Source: an uncultured Chthonomonadaceae bacterium (GTDB lineage Bacteria > Armatimonadota > Chthonomonadetes > Chthonomonadales > Chthonomonadaceae). Taken from it: a DNA stretch of 64,000 bases. The translations under genes were made by a program, and so were the position numbers. The stretch covers positions 544,001 through 608,000 of the forward strand of contig CAWFQB010000001.1 in NCBI GenBank assembly GCA_963817895.1. Reading direction: 5' to 3'. Under the pieces are notes generated by a model that did not search any database, was not told where the DNA came from, and was given only the letters and a program-made list of their open reading frames with translations. Numbering within the stretch: the first letter of the stretch is position 1; every line of letters starts with the position of its first letter. Below, piece by piece: positions 1-10,219 of the stretch.

Positions 1-11
1 GAACACAGAGA

Positions 12-160
12 AGATAGGAGATAGGAGATAGGAGATACGAGAGGAGAATAGACAGGATTAACAGGATTTTCAGGATTGAACAGGATTATGTTGGAGCGGG
101 AAGGCTTGTGGTTATTCCCTCTCGTATCTCCTATCTCCTATCTCCTATCTCCTATCTTCT
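12..160. repeat. Inverted heptamer tandem arrays (GGAGATA)n ... (TATCTCC)n enclosing a 9-mer ACAGGATT array
   Basis: Read directly: gataggagataggagataggagata at 13-37 and ctcctatctcctatctcctatctcctatct at 128-157; caggatta/caggattt/caggattg units at 53-88. Confidence 0.9.
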
Positions 161-332
161 CTTTCCTCCTCTCGCATTGGCTTTTCCTCTGTGTCTCTAG
201 CGTAGCGTGTGGTCTTTTTTCGATACAGAGAAGACGATTTTGAAAAATCAGGCAGGAGGCGCGGCAGGAAAAGCCGAACTGTCAGGGTGACGAGACTGGC
301 TCGTAACCATCACACAGGAGGACATTCCCGCA

Positions 333-1392
333 ATGACTGCCGGAAACACACCAAAAGACAAAATCCGCGTCGGACTGATCGGCTGCGGAGGCATTTCCAA
401 ATCCCATCTGCCCCACCTTTCCAAATCCGAGGACGTGGAACTCGCCGCGTTCTGCGATGTTGTCGTAGAACGGGCGCAGAAACGCGCCGAAGAATACGGC
501 GGCAACGTGTACGACGATGCCGCCAAAATGCTGGCAGCCGAAAATCTGGATGCCGCCTACATTCTCATCCCCACCTACGCGCACGGAGCGCCGGAACGCG
601 CCTGCATCGCGGCCCAAGTGCCGTTCCTGGTGGAAAAGCCAATGCACCTTGACCCGGTTGACCTGCGCAAACTGTCTAAAGAGGTAGAAGCGTCCGGCTT
701 GATTGCAATGTCGGGCTTTATGAACCGCTATCGGCAGTCCGTGAATCGCGTCAAGGACATACTTGCTGAAGACAGCGTGATCCTGATGGATGGCGCGTGG
801 GTGAGCGGCCCGCCCGTGAAGAAAGAGGGCGATTATTTCGCCAACAATCCTATCGGGCAGTGGTGGCCCGTCAAGGAAAAAAGCGGCGGGCAATTCGTGG
901 AGCAGGTGATTCACACGGTTGATCTGGCGCGGTATCTCGGCGGGGACGTGGCGGAAGTACACGCTTTCGCGGCGCGGGGCTTCAATCAGAAACTGTCGAA
1001 CATCGTGGACAACTACACCAACGACGACGCGATGGTCGTGTCCATGAAGTTCGCGAACGGCGGCGTGGGCAATATCTTCGCGTCGTGTTCCACGCCTGCG
1101 GGCGGCGGCGTGTTCCTGAACGTGTGGGCGGGTCAGCATACAGCCAAGTTCACCGATTGGGCGCACCACGTCAGCATTTATACGGCGGGCGAAAAAGAGG
1201 CCGAAGTCCATCAAGGGCGACATTGACGACATCTTCCCCACAGAAGACCGCGTGTTCATTGACGCCGTGAAAACCGGCGACCGCTCCAAAATCAAAGCCA
1301 CCTACATGGACGGCGCGAAAACCACTCTGCTTTGTCTCGCCGCCAACGAAAGCCTCGAAAAGGGCGGCCCGGTGAAGGTGCAGTACGAGTAG
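333..1392 (+). CDS. Gfo/Idh/MocA family oxidoreductase (frameshift near 1200, probably assembly error)
   Basis: IRVGLIGCGGIS Rossmann motif, EKP motif, GGQFVEQVIHTVD; C-terminus continues in another frame (IKGDIDDIFPTEDRVFIDAVKTG...KVQYE*) to TAG 1390-1392; RBS GGAGG upstream. Confidence 0.88.
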
Positions 1393-1396
1393 AGGA

Positions 1397-1519
1397 AAGA
1401 TAGGAGATACGAGATACGAGATAGGAGTAAATGCGTTGTTTCCATCACTTTCTTGCGAAGGCATAAAAACCGAAATCCGCTTTTCACTCGTATCTCGTAT
1501 CTCGTATCTCCTATCTCCT
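1397..1519. repeat. Inverted heptamer arrays (GAGATAC/GAGATAG)n ... (GTATCTC)n between convergent genes; possible bidirectional terminator
   Basis: agataggagatacgagatacgagataggag and ctcgtatctcgtatctcgtatctcctatctcc read directly. Confidence 0.85.
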
Positions 1520-2619
1520 AAAGGTACTGCCGGAACGTGAACGGCTTGCCTTGCAGGAGTTTCCACTGCGCCTGCTGTTCGGGGGTGAGGAGCAGGAGGG
1601 CCTTCTTGTCGGCGGCTTTCAGGGCGGCTTCGCTCTGTTTGGCGGCGGCATCGCTGGCCTGCTGTATCTGTTCGGGCGTGGGCGGGGTGAAATTGCCGGG
1701 AGTTGCCGGAGTGGCGGCATCGGGCGGCGTGTTGGGAGCGGCCTTGTCGTTCGGGTCTGTGGGCTGCGCGCCGCTTTTCCCGGTTGTACCCCGTGTGCCG
1801 GTTGCGCCCCGCGCGCCGGTCGGACGATTGCCGCCGACGCCGGGATTCGCGCCCGGAAGTCCGGGGAAACCGCCGCCGGGCGAAAACATGCTGGTCTGCG
1901 CTTTCATGCGGGTGTCGCGCAATTCTTTGAGCATGGCGGTGAATTTGGCGCGCTGATCCGGCGTCAGACCCACTTTATCCGCCAGTTTCTCGTCGGACAG
2001 AGCAAGCGGGCCGCGCCATTGCAAATCCAGTTCGCGCAGGCGTTTGGTTTGCGCCGGGAATCAAGACCGCTTCGGACTTCTTGTTCTGGTCGGCCTGAAC
2101 CGCCGTAAGGCTGTCGGTTACTGTGTCGCGCATCTGCGTGAACATCTGCTGGCGCTCATCCGGGGACATGGAGCGGGGGTCCAGATTGCCGCCCTCCTGC
2201 TGCATTTTCTGAATACTGCTCATCACGGTCGTCATTATGCCCGTCATCATGGCGGCGGGATAGCCGTTTTGCAGACCGACGATAGTTTCCGTCTGGCGTC
2301 CGTTGAGAATCAGTTCGTTGCGCACGTCGGAGCGGGTCAGCAGGTTGGCCGTCTGGCCGACGCCGGGGTCCACAAAGGCGTGGGTCTGGCGCATTTTGTT
2401 GAGCATTTCGCCCATCTGCGCGCCCATCGGGCTGTTCATAATCGCGCCCGTGACATTGGGAATTTGGCCGGGGGTCAGGGTGGGGGTGGGATTGCCGCCG
2501 TTCGCGCCTCCCTGCCCGCCCGCGCCCTGCGCGAAACTGAGGCCATTCGCGCTGAGGAACAACACGGCAGCAGCGCCTGCCACAAGAAGTACGGGTTTTC
2601 GGTTGAGCCGAGTGTTCAT
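1518..2619 (-). CDS. Secreted helical protein with Spy/CpxP-like LTxxQ motifs (frameshift near 2056)
   Basis: Signal peptide ending SFAQ; LTPDQ and LTPEQQAQW motifs; ORFs 1975-2619 and 1518-2024 join as LIPAQTKRLRELDLQWRG if one base is removed. Confidence 0.65.
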
Positions 2620-2770
2620 AAAAGTTTTCTCCTGATCAGGTTCTCGTGAACCTGTTAAAACACATTACCACAAAAACGGCGTGAATGGCGTCATTGGTTT
2701 CAAACAACCTGTAGTCAAATTCAGTCAACAATGTTCTCCCTGCCTGCGTATTTAGCGGAAATGCGGTTTT

Positions 2771-3125
2771 AATCCCCCCGGCTTTAGCCGCGCGTGTCCT
2801 TCGCTTCGCGTGGACGCCCGATACGCAAACCGCAACGCGCGAAGCGCATTTTGAATCTGACGGTTGGCAACCTCCGCTTGACGAACTGTACGCTTGTCGG
2901 GCATAGCAGAGTCACTGCCACAAAGCGCGGAGCAGGTTGGTATAGATGTTGGGCTGCAACCTTTTGCGGCTACCAGCGAAGGGGAGTTCGTCGTCGGGCG
3001 TCCACCGGGCGTAGCCGGAAGGACATCCCCGCTTCTTCCGCAAGGACGAGAAGGCTCTGGCGAAAGCGCAACGCAAAGCCGACAAGTGCAAACACGCCCG
3101 TACAAAGGAGCAGAAGACGGAACGG
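2771..3125 (+). pseudogene. tnpB: IS200/IS605-family tnpB remnant
   Basis: RuvC-I-like EQVGIDVGLQPFAATSEGE followed in a shifted frame by PRFFRKDEKALAKAQRK; aatccccccggctttagccg at 2771 resembles IS605-group end sequences; no start codon, RuvC-II/III or zinc finger. Confidence 0.7.
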
Positions 3126-3436
3126 TGAAAAGGCGCCTTCATGGACGCGCAACGCGGGATGCGATAAGCAGGCGCAAAGCAGGAAGCGGCAAGCGAGTTC
3201 TGAATACAGCAGGGTAACAGAAAAGACTGAAAAGAGAAGCAGGTGACTAGACTTTAACACATCCCGCTAATTTTGCCAACCTATTTCCGAAAGTTTTTTT
3301 GAACCAATTTATCGACATGTTGCGGAAGGGTTCCTCGCTGCTCCACCGACGAAAAACAGCCCCTACGCAATTGTGAAATCACGGAAGGGCTGCCTCTCCC
3401 TGTCAACTATCAGGGTGTACCTTCAACGAAAGGACT

Positions 3437-3467
3437 CCCCTTCTCCCAGGCTTTTTGGGAGAAGGGG
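3437..3467. repeat. CCCCTTCTCCC...GGGAGAAGGGG palindromic REP-like element (copy 1)
   Basis: ccccttctcccaggctttttgggagaagggg; related copies at 23560-23590, 25513-25549, 54207-54235 and 58396-58423. Confidence 0.8.
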
Positions 3468-3498
3468 TATGTCCACAAGTGGACGCCCGGGTTGAGGG

Positions 3499-5460
3499 CT
3501 ACAATCGCGGGGAGGGCGGCTTGATTGGCTCCTCGAACGGCAACACGCCCTTGACGCGCAGTTTGCGTTTGTACAATACGCCGCCACAGGCGAGATACAG
3601 CGTGTCATGGTTTGCCCCGCCCCATGTCATGTCGGTAGGTGGCTTGCGCAACGGCAGCGACAAAATGCCGTTCACGCGCCCCGCCTGATCGCACACCTGA
3701 ATGCCCGCCGGAGTCGCCACATACAGCCAGCCCTGCGTATCCGTTACCATTGCTGTCGCCTGCGTTCCCGTCTGGCGATACGGAATCGTCAGGTCGAAAA
3801 ACGGCTCAACGTCGGACAACGTGCCATCCGCCTGTATGCGCCACGAAACCAGCGACTTACGCGGTTCGCTCCCCGTCGTTATCAGCAAGCTTTGGTCGGG
3901 CGTAAGCGCAAGAGGGAAATCGGAATTTTTGAACCGGTTGCGGAAATCGTTAGCAGCGAGAAGCATCTCTTCTTCAATGTCTCTGGGGTAAGCGAGATGG
4001 CTTTTCCCTTTTTTATCCAGCATCCATATATCGCCCCGGCGAGTGTCTGTGTAATAGGCCATGCCCTGATGATTATAAATCAGTCTTGATGCGAAAACAT
4101 TGCGAGCAAGAACCGTTGTCTTTTTGTCCGTCTCATAAAGGGTCACATCCCTGTCACCGATTACAATGAGCCGGCCATCGGGAGTGACAGCAAGCGAATA
4201 TACAGATGGGGTATCGCGGCGGAGTACGTCCACAACTCCCGTTGTATTGAGACGGCGTATGGAACTCCTGGGGTAGTCTGTGAAATAAACGTTGCCCGCC
4301 GCATCGGCTGCCAGGCTTGTCGCCGTCTGGTTTTCTATTGGCTGCCAGTCGTCACCGGGGGAAATGATCTGCATAATCGGCTGCCGCGACGTGGTTGTCG
4401 CCGCCACAATCGGCGCGGGGTAGTCGCGCCACAGCCAGCGCATCACTTCGGGAAAGATTAAACTGCCCGGCCTGCCGTCATGTCCGCCTTTGCCCACGAC
4501 AAACTGCGTATCGTAGCCCCCAAACTTCAACGCGGCAGCCACTTCCTGATTGGCGAGCGGCCAGCTTCCCGAATAGATGTCCTGATCCTGATCGTTGTCC
4601 TGTAGGAAAATGCGCAGGGGTTTCGGCTCGTACTTGCGGATTTTCGACGGGAACGTATCGCCGCCCGCCAGATCGGTGAAACTGCCGATCACGCTGTACA
4701 CGCGCCGGAACTGGTCGGGACGCTCCCATGCGGCGACAAACGCGGCAATGCCTCCCGAACTGCCCCCGCACAAACCCCGGTCATTGGGATTCTGGCTCAG
4801 GTTGACGGTCTTTTCCACTTCCGGCAATATTTCGTCCAGCAGAAACCGCGCGTAGGTATCGTCCGGCGTATCGTATTCCACGCTGCGATTGTAGCGGGGC
4901 AGGGCATTGTTCGGATTTGCGCCCGCAGGCGGAGCGACGCCCGGATTGATGCCGATAGCAACCGTGACAGGCATCTGCTTTTTGGCAATCAGGTTGTCGA
5001 ATACGGTGGGCGCGTTGAACCCCAATCCGTCCTGAAAGATCATCACGCAGGCCGGTTTGGAAGCGTCGTACTGCGCGGGAATATACACGCGATACCGGTG
5101 TTCCGTGCCGGGATAGATGTGGCTCGTCTTCCAAACGTAATCTTTCACGGTTCCATGCGGCACGTTCTGCGCCTGCAAGTCCGGGTCGGGCGGCGCGGCC
5201 TGCGCCCCGGATTTACAAACCGCGAAACACGCGAAATACACGAAAAGGGAAAAAGGAAAAAGGAGAAAGGAGAAAGCCGAACGCCTCAATTTCCGAATTC
5301 CCAAATGGCGAAAAGGCAAAATGCTATTACTCTGAAGCGTCGCTATGCGCGTGTTTCTTTCGTTCCCAGAACGATTGGCCGCAGGCCTGATTAACCGGAT
5401 TTTTATAATCCGGTTACGAGGGGAAGATTTATGCAAAATCGCCCAATCGAAAATCTTCAT
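3499..5460 (-). CDS. Fusion of enterochelin-esterase-like alpha/beta hydrolase and SMP-30/gluconolactonase beta-propeller
   Basis: GGSSGG nucleophile elbow, RVYIPAQYD, GGHDG; C-terminal propeller motifs (DAAGNVYFTD, GIQVCDQAGRV, WGGANHDTLY). Start uncertain; the ATG at 5460 overlaps the upstream stop. Confidence 0.82.
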   Translation of the reverse strand: MKIFDWAILHKSSPRNRIIKIRLIRPAANRSGNERNTRIATLQSNSILPFRHLGIRKLRRSAFSFLLFPFSLFVYFACFAVCKSGAQAAPPDPDLQAQNVPHGTVKDYVWKTSHIYPGTEHRYRVYIPAQYDASKPACVMIFQDGLGFNAPTVFDNLIAKKQMPVTVAIGINPGVAPPAGANPNNALPRYNRSVEYDTPDDTYARFLLDEILPEVEKTVNLSQNPNDRGLCGGSSGGIAAFVAAWERPDQFRRVYSVIGSFTDLAGGDTFPSKIRKYEPKPLRIFLQDNDQDQDIYSGSWPLANQEVAAALKFGGYDTQFVVGKGGHDGRPGSLIFPEVMRWLWRDYPAPIVAATTTSRQPIMQIISPGDDWQPIENQTATSLAADAAGNVYFTDYPRSSIRRLNTTGVVDVLRRDTPSVYSLAVTPDGRLIVIGDRDVTLYETDKKTTVLARNVFASRLIYNHQGMAYYTDTRRGDIWMLDKKGKSHLAYPRDIEEEMLLAANDFRNRFKNSDFPLALTPDQSLLITTGSEPRKSLVSWRIQADGTLSDVEPFFDLTIPYRQTGTQATAMVTDTQGWLYVATPAGIQVCDQAGRVNGILSLPLRKPPTDMTWGGANHDTLYLACGGVLYKRKLRVKGVLPFEEPIKPPSPRL

Positions 5461-6515
5461 GCCGTCAGTTCCTCCATTGTCACCACGCCGCCCCGCGTGA
5501 CGGCCTCGCGCGTGAGCAGGCAGGCGAGAACCGAGTCGCGGCCCTCTGCAACGCCCGCGACGGGAGCGGTGCGCGTCCGTACCGAGTTGACAAACGCTTT
5601 CAGGCACAGCAGGGAGTTGGTCACGCCTTCGGGCAGGTCCTGACCGGGACGATCCGGCAGTTTCAGTTCCCGGCGGTAGGAGATCAGGCCGGAATTGAAA
5701 TCCACGCCGCCCCGTGTGCCGAGCAGCCGCGTGTACTCGTCGTTGAATGCGGGTTTGAACGCGCCCTCCTGACCGGGCGCGACCCAACTGTGCAGGATGT
5801 TGACCACAAGGCCATTCGGGTACTCCACGAGCGCGGAGTAATAATCGGTCACGTCCCGATCCGGCTGCTGTTCCTTGTAAAGCCCTTTGCGTCCCATCCC
5901 CATTGCCCGAATCGGCAGGCTGCGCGTCGCCCAGTTGATAACGTCCCAGTTGTGGACGGCCTGTTCCACCATCCAGTCGCCGGACACGTCCCGATGCCCG
6001 AACCAGTTGTACAGCGGCCCCCAGGCGTTGGACCAGCAGACGCGCGCCTCCACCAGATCGCCCAACTCGCCCGCGTAAATCTCCTGCATGGTTTCAATGA
6101 AACGCGGGTCGGCGCGGCGCTGAAATCCCAACTGCACGATCTGCTTGCTGCCATTGGCTGCCTGAACCACTTTGTCGCACTCCTGCGGCGTCAGGGCAAG
6201 GGGTTTTTCGCCATACAAATCCTTGCCCGCCGCAATGGTATCCAGATAGTTTTGCGCGTGAAGGCCGCACGGCAGGGCGCTGACAACCGCCTCGATGCCG
6301 GGATGCGCCAGAGCCTCCTGCCAGTTCTCAAATTCGGCGGGCGCGGGCTGTCCCGCGTCCATGATTCTCTTCTTGGCTTTGGCGCGGTTGTCGGCGTTGG
6401 GGTCGCAAATAGCGCGAACGGCCACGCCCTCAATCTTCAGCAGCAGTTGCAGCAGATACCCGCCGCGCCCACCCACGCCAATGCTGGCAAACGAAATGTC
6501 GTTAGTTGTTGTCAT
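5457..6515 (-). CDS. Gfo/Idh/MocA family oxidoreductase
   Basis: IGVGGRG, YGEKPLA, SGDWMVEQAVHNWD motifs. Confidence 0.9.
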   Translation of the reverse strand: MTTTNDISFASIGVGGRGGYLLQLLLKIEGVAVRAICDPNADNRAKAKKRIMDAGQPAPAEFENWQEALAHPGIEAVVSALPCGLHAQNYLDTIAAGKDLYGEKPLALTPQECDKVVQAANGSKQIVQLGFQRRADPRFIETMQEIYAGELGDLVEARVCWSNAWGPLYNWFGHRDVSGDWMVEQAVHNWDVINWATRSLPIRAMGMGRKGLYKEQQPDRDVTDYYSALVEYPNGLVVNILHSWVAPGQEGAFKPAFNDEYTRLLGTRGGVDFNSGLISYRRELKLPDRPGQDLPEGVTNSLLCLKAFVNSVRTRTAPVAGVAEGRDSVLACLLTREAVTRGGVVTMEELTA

Positions 6516-6532
6516 GGAAAACTCCTTGAGGA

Positions 6533-6621
6533 TAGGTTGTTAGGTTGTTAGTTGTTAGCGCCAGCCTTGTTTGACTTGCGCATTGGCCTAATGACCTAAC
6601 AACTAACAACCTAACAACCTA
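6533..6621. repeat. Inverted (TAGGTTGT/TAGTTGT)n ... (ACAACCTA)n arrays
   Basis: taggttgttaggttgttagttgttag and ctaacaactaacaacctaacaacct read directly; same unit family at 33495-33599, 34082-34164 and 60722-60826. Confidence 0.85.
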
Positions 6622-7092
6622 ATTCCTCGCGCACCATTGAAATAAAATTTGCCACTCTTCGCGCTGGCGGGCAAGGAGGGCGGGAGGATCGCTGCCGGGC
6701 GCTTGAGAGACGGCGTCTATGAGCGCGTCGGGATCAAGATCGGAATGGGATTGGCGCAGGGGATGGCGGGCGGCGCGGCGCATCCAGTAGTGGCTGTTGG
6801 AAAAATCGCCTTCGCGCCGGTGCATGATGCCGTGCCAGTACGCGCCGGTCGCATCGTCGAGGGATTGGCTCAATTCGTGGCTGCGCTCCAGATCGTCCAC
6901 GTACAGCCACAAGCCTGCGGCAAGATCGGGACGGGAGGCGAGAGCGGGGGAATGGAGAGCGGTTTGCAGAGCGGCCATTACCGCCTCCGGGGGCGCATGG
7001 CTGCCCACTAAATGGGGCATCGCTGCCTCTAAAGGCAGAATGGCGAACAAATCCGCGCAGGCGGCGGCAATTTCCGGGGGCAAGTCGAGCAT
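6619..7092 (-). CDS. Conserved hypothetical protein
   Basis: GLWLYVDDLERSHELSQ...YWHGIMHRREGDFSNSHYW, a motif of a widespread uncharacterised bacterial family. Confidence 0.75.
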   Translation of the reverse strand: MLDLPPEIAAACADLFAILPLEAAMPHLVGSHAPPEAVMAALQTALHSPALASRPDLAAGLWLYVDDLERSHELSQSLDDATGAYWHGIMHRREGDFSNSHYWMRRAARHPLRQSHSDLDPDALIDAVSQAPGSDPPALLARQREEWQILFQWCARN

Positions 7093-7188
7093 CGCAAGGT
7101 TTCTCCCTGTGTCGTTGATAATCAGCGTCCTGATTGTTCATCGAAACACAGGGAAATACCTGCCGCAAACGCGGAAAACGAGAAATTA

Positions 7189-7911
7189 TCAGGAATGAAG
7201 GAAACGCCGTTCCTCCGAACGGATAGCCGGGGGCGAGGCGGTTCCCCTGCGCCCACCCTCCAGTACGCGATCTATCAGGCCGTATTCCTGCGCTTCCCGC
7301 GCCGACAGATAGTAGTCTCGATCCATGTCGCGGCGCAGTTTCTCTCTGTCCCTGCCCGTCGCGTTGGCGTAAATATCGAGAAGTGTCTCGTACTGCCGGT
7401 TCATCTCTTCCAGATAGATTTTGGCGTCGGACACGTTGCCCTGAAAGCCGCCGCTGGCCTGATGTATCATAATGCGGGCGTTGGGCAGGGCGTAGCGTTT
7501 GCCCGGTGTGCCGCCCGCCAGCAAAACCGAACCCATCGAGGCCGCGATGCCCACGCAAACGGTCGCGATGTCACAGGAGATGTGCGTCATCACATCGTAC
7601 ATTGCCAGTCCCGCCGAAACGCTGCCGCCCGGGCTGTTGATATAAATGTCAATGTCGGCGTCCGGGTCTTCCTTTTCCAGAAACAGCAGTTCGGCAATCA
7701 CGAGGTTGGCGATCTGATCGTCAATTTGGTCGCCGATGAAAACCACGCGGTCTTTGAGCAGGCGCGAATAGATGTCATAGGCGCGTTCGCCCCGCGCCGA
7801 CTGCTCGATCACCATCGGAACCACGCCCCGCACCATTTGCGGCGGCACGAAATTAGAAGAATTAAATTGGCGCATGTAAGCCTCCTCCCGCTTTTCATAA
7901 GCCGGTTTCAC
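7189..7911 (-). CDS. clpP: ATP-dependent Clp protease proteolytic subunit
   Basis: [39 protein letters not shown] (Ser), IMIHQ (His), DMDRDYY (Asp). Start may be the ATG near 7875. Confidence 0.97.
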   Translation of the reverse strand: MKPAYEKREEAYMRQFNSSNFVPPQMVRGVVPMVIEQSARGERAYDIYSRLLKDRVVFIGDQIDDQIANLVIAELLFLEKEDPDADIDIYINSPGGSVSAGLAMYDVMTHISCDIATVCVGIAASMGSVLLAGGTPGKRYALPNARIMIHQASGGFQGNVSDAKIYLEEMNRQYETLLDIYANATGRDREKLRRDMDRDYYLSAREAQEYGLIDRVLEGGRRGTASPPAIRSEERRFLHS

Positions 7912-8474
7912 AATGTAACTTTTTCACGGTCAAACTCTGTTGTTATGCGGCGGCGGACGCAACGGATTGGCTGCGCTGACGTTGGCAGTATGATGCGGCC
8001 CATTCGAGTTTGCCCCGCCTGCGAACCATCGGAACTCAGAAAGGCGGCAAGACGGTTCGCAAAGTTGATGGAAACGAAATGGTTGTTTCCCCCCGAATTG
8101 GCGCGGGATGTTTCCAGCCCGATGTGTTCCAATCGCAGGCGGGTTCCCTCCTCAACGGCTTCCAGCGTCCATGTAACGAGCGTGGGCGTTTGCTGCTCAT
8201 CATCGGCCTGCCATGTGTAGGCAAGTCGGCGCGGCGCTTCCAACTCCACAACCTGACAGCGCACTTTCACCCGAACCCCCTTTTCCGATGCGCGGGTGAA
8301 GTGGAAACGATGGCCCCGCTTCGGCTTGAAAGTGGTGGGCAGCAGCCATTGCGACAGCGCGTTCGGGTCCGTTAAGGCTTGCCAGACCCTCTCCGGCGAA
8401 TGTGAGAAGACTCTCTCAAAATGGATTCCATTCCGCAAGCGACCTGCTCTTTCCGGTTTTATATCCGGTTTCAT
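7908..8474 (-). CDS. SRPBCC/AHSA1-like (START-fold) protein
   Basis: [18 protein letters not shown]...PRRLAYTW...[18 protein letters not shown]. Confidence 0.88.
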   Translation of the reverse strand: MKPDIKPERAGRLRNGIHFERVFSHSPERVWQALTDPNALSQWLLPTTFKPKRGHRFHFTRASEKGVRVKVRCQVVELEAPRRLAYTWQADDEQQTPTLVTWTLEAVEEGTRLRLEHIGLETSRANSGGNNHFVSINFANRLAAFLSSDGSQAGQTRMGRIILPTSAQPIRCVRRRITTEFDREKVTL

Positions 8475-8517
8475 GCGCTCCTCCTTTGCGTCAATTTCGC
8501 TTCATTCCGGCCTTGCT

Positions 8518-8856
8518 TTATTCCGGTTCGTTTTGTTCTTGTTCTGCCAGATATGTTTCCAGCGCGTCCAGTTTATTGTTCCAGAACGGCTCATAGAAGG
8601 CAATCCAATCGGCGACGGGTTTCAGGGCGTACGGGTTCAGGCGGTACACGCGCTCCCGGCCCGCTTTACGCGCTGTCACCAACCCCACTTCGCGCAGAAT
8701 GTGAAGATGCTGCGAGATGGCCGAAAGCGAAACCTCAAACTGCGCCTTCAGCGCCGAAACCGGCAGTTCGCCGCTCCCCAGATTGCGCAGAATCGCGCGT
8801 CGGGTCGGGTCGGCAATCGCGGTAAAAACATCCATAGCGGCATCGTGTCGGCTCAT
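8518..8856 (-). CDS. ArsR/SmtB family transcriptional regulator
   Basis: [15 protein letters not shown]...[18 protein letters not shown]...GRERVYRL; typical ArsR-SRPBCC pair. Confidence 0.93.
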   Translation of the reverse strand: MSRHDAAMDVFTAIADPTRRAILRNLGSGELPVSALKAQFEVSLSAISQHLHILREVGLVTARKAGRERVYRLNPYALKPVADWIAFYEPFWNNKLDALETYLAEQEQNEPE

Positions 8857-8862
8857 GGGTTC

Positions 8863-8892
8863 ATTATACATTAGCAAATGCTTAAATGTCAA
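8863..8892 (-). promoter_or_regulatory. Sigma70-type promoter of a probably leaderless arsR mRNA, with palindromic operator in the spacer
   Basis: Minus strand TTGACA-18 bp-TATAAT, 6 nt before ATG 8856; spacer contains the imperfect palindrome TTAAGCATTTGCTAA. Confidence 0.75.
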
Positions 8893-8968
8893 GCCTGCAC
8901 ACAGGGCAAACGTTTGCGATTTTCATACGTTTATAGTTGAAGAAGAAAATCTGCCCAAAGGTAAACCT

Positions 8969-10126
8969 ATGTTGTACTCATTCCTATCTAAACTTCTGTT
9001 GCCGTCGCTCATGTTGGGCTGCTTTCTAAGCGTGTCCGCAATGTTGAACGCGCAAAGCCATTCCTATTTTCCTCCTGCCGGGGATAAGTGGGAAACGCGC
9101 AAGCCTGAAGCCGTCGGCATGGATGGCGCAAAACTGGCAAAAGCCGTCGCGTTCGCCCAGGCCAATGAAACCGATTTTCCGCGCGACTTTTCCACGCAGG
9201 AGAAGATTTTCGGCAGGCCGCTCGGCCCGCTTCCCGCCCAACGCGCCGGTACAAGCGGCCTTATACTGCGGCACGGTTATATTGTCGCGCAGTGGGGCGA
9301 CACGCGGCATATTGATCCGACATACAGCGCGGCCAAAAGTTTTCTGTCTACCCTGCTCGGAATCGCGCTGGACCGCAAGTTGATTGCCGACATCAACGAA
9401 CCCGTTGGTAAAACAATTCACGATGGCGGCTACGACTCGCCCCATAACGCTGCAATAACGTGGAAGAACCACGCGCAGCAAAACAGCGAGTGGCAGGGCG
9501 AAATGTGGGGCAAAGCCTCCGATTTCATCGGGGAACGGGAGTTTGGGGAGGGGCGGCATACGGCGCGGGAACTGCGGGAACCGGGCAGCCTTTTCGAGTA
9601 CAACGACGTTCGCATCAACCGCCTCGCGCTTTCCCTGTTGCGCGTGTGGAAACGCCCCCTGCCCGATGTTCTCCAAACCGAAGTGATGAATCCGATTGGC
9701 GCTTCCAACGATTGGAAATGGATTCCCTACGACAACGCCCGCGCCGAAGTGGACGGCAAAATGCTGCCCTCCGTAAGCGGCGGGACGCGCTGGGGCGGCG
9801 GGTTGTGGATCAGCGCTTAAGATGAGGCGCGGTTCGGACTCTTGTTTCTGAACAAAGGAAAGTGGAAAAACCGGCAGATCGTTTCTGAATCGTGGGCGCA
9901 GGACGCAACGACGCCGAGCGCGACCAATCCCGCTTACGGCTATCTGTGGTGGCTCAACACGGACGGCAAAATGTGGCCGCAAACGCCTGTTTCCGCTTTC
10001 GCCGCTGTGGGTTTCGGCGGCAACACCATCTGGATAGACCCACAGCATGATCTTGTCGTCGTATGGCGTTGGCACAAAGGCAACGGCGCGGAACTGTTTC
10101 GGCAGGTGGTTTCGTCTATTGAATAA
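8969..10126 (+). CDS. Serine hydrolase (beta-lactamase class C/AmpC-like), interrupted by an in-frame TAA at 9818-9820
   Basis: SAAK (SxxK), [39 protein letters not shown]; both ORFs are in the same frame. Confidence 0.85.
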
Positions 10127-10219
10127 GTATATCTTTAGTTTACTTTGAGAACCATTTGCAATGACAGTGGTATAGCCGCGCGGCCACGTAAGCCGGCCCT
10201 GCAAAAACGGAAAACACGT

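Noticed and set aside
12..200. Heptamer and nonamer arrays as CRISPR arrays
   Set aside because: Units are 7-9 nt and tandem, with no unique spacers
282..1301. Long antisense ORFs (e.g. 282-1301, 7195-8220, 9026-10204, 19121-20086, 36202-38112, 50321-51514)
   Set aside because: Shadow frames opposite well-supported genes in GC-rich DNA, with no recognisable motifs
5461..5787. N-terminal extension of the 762-aa ORF
   Set aside because: Overlaps the upstream oxidoreductase in another frame; the real start is at or downstream of 5460
9818..9820. Stop-codon readthrough or recoding in the serine hydrolase
   Set aside because: The codon is TAA, other genes use TAA as a normal stop, and a single substitution or base-call error is simpler
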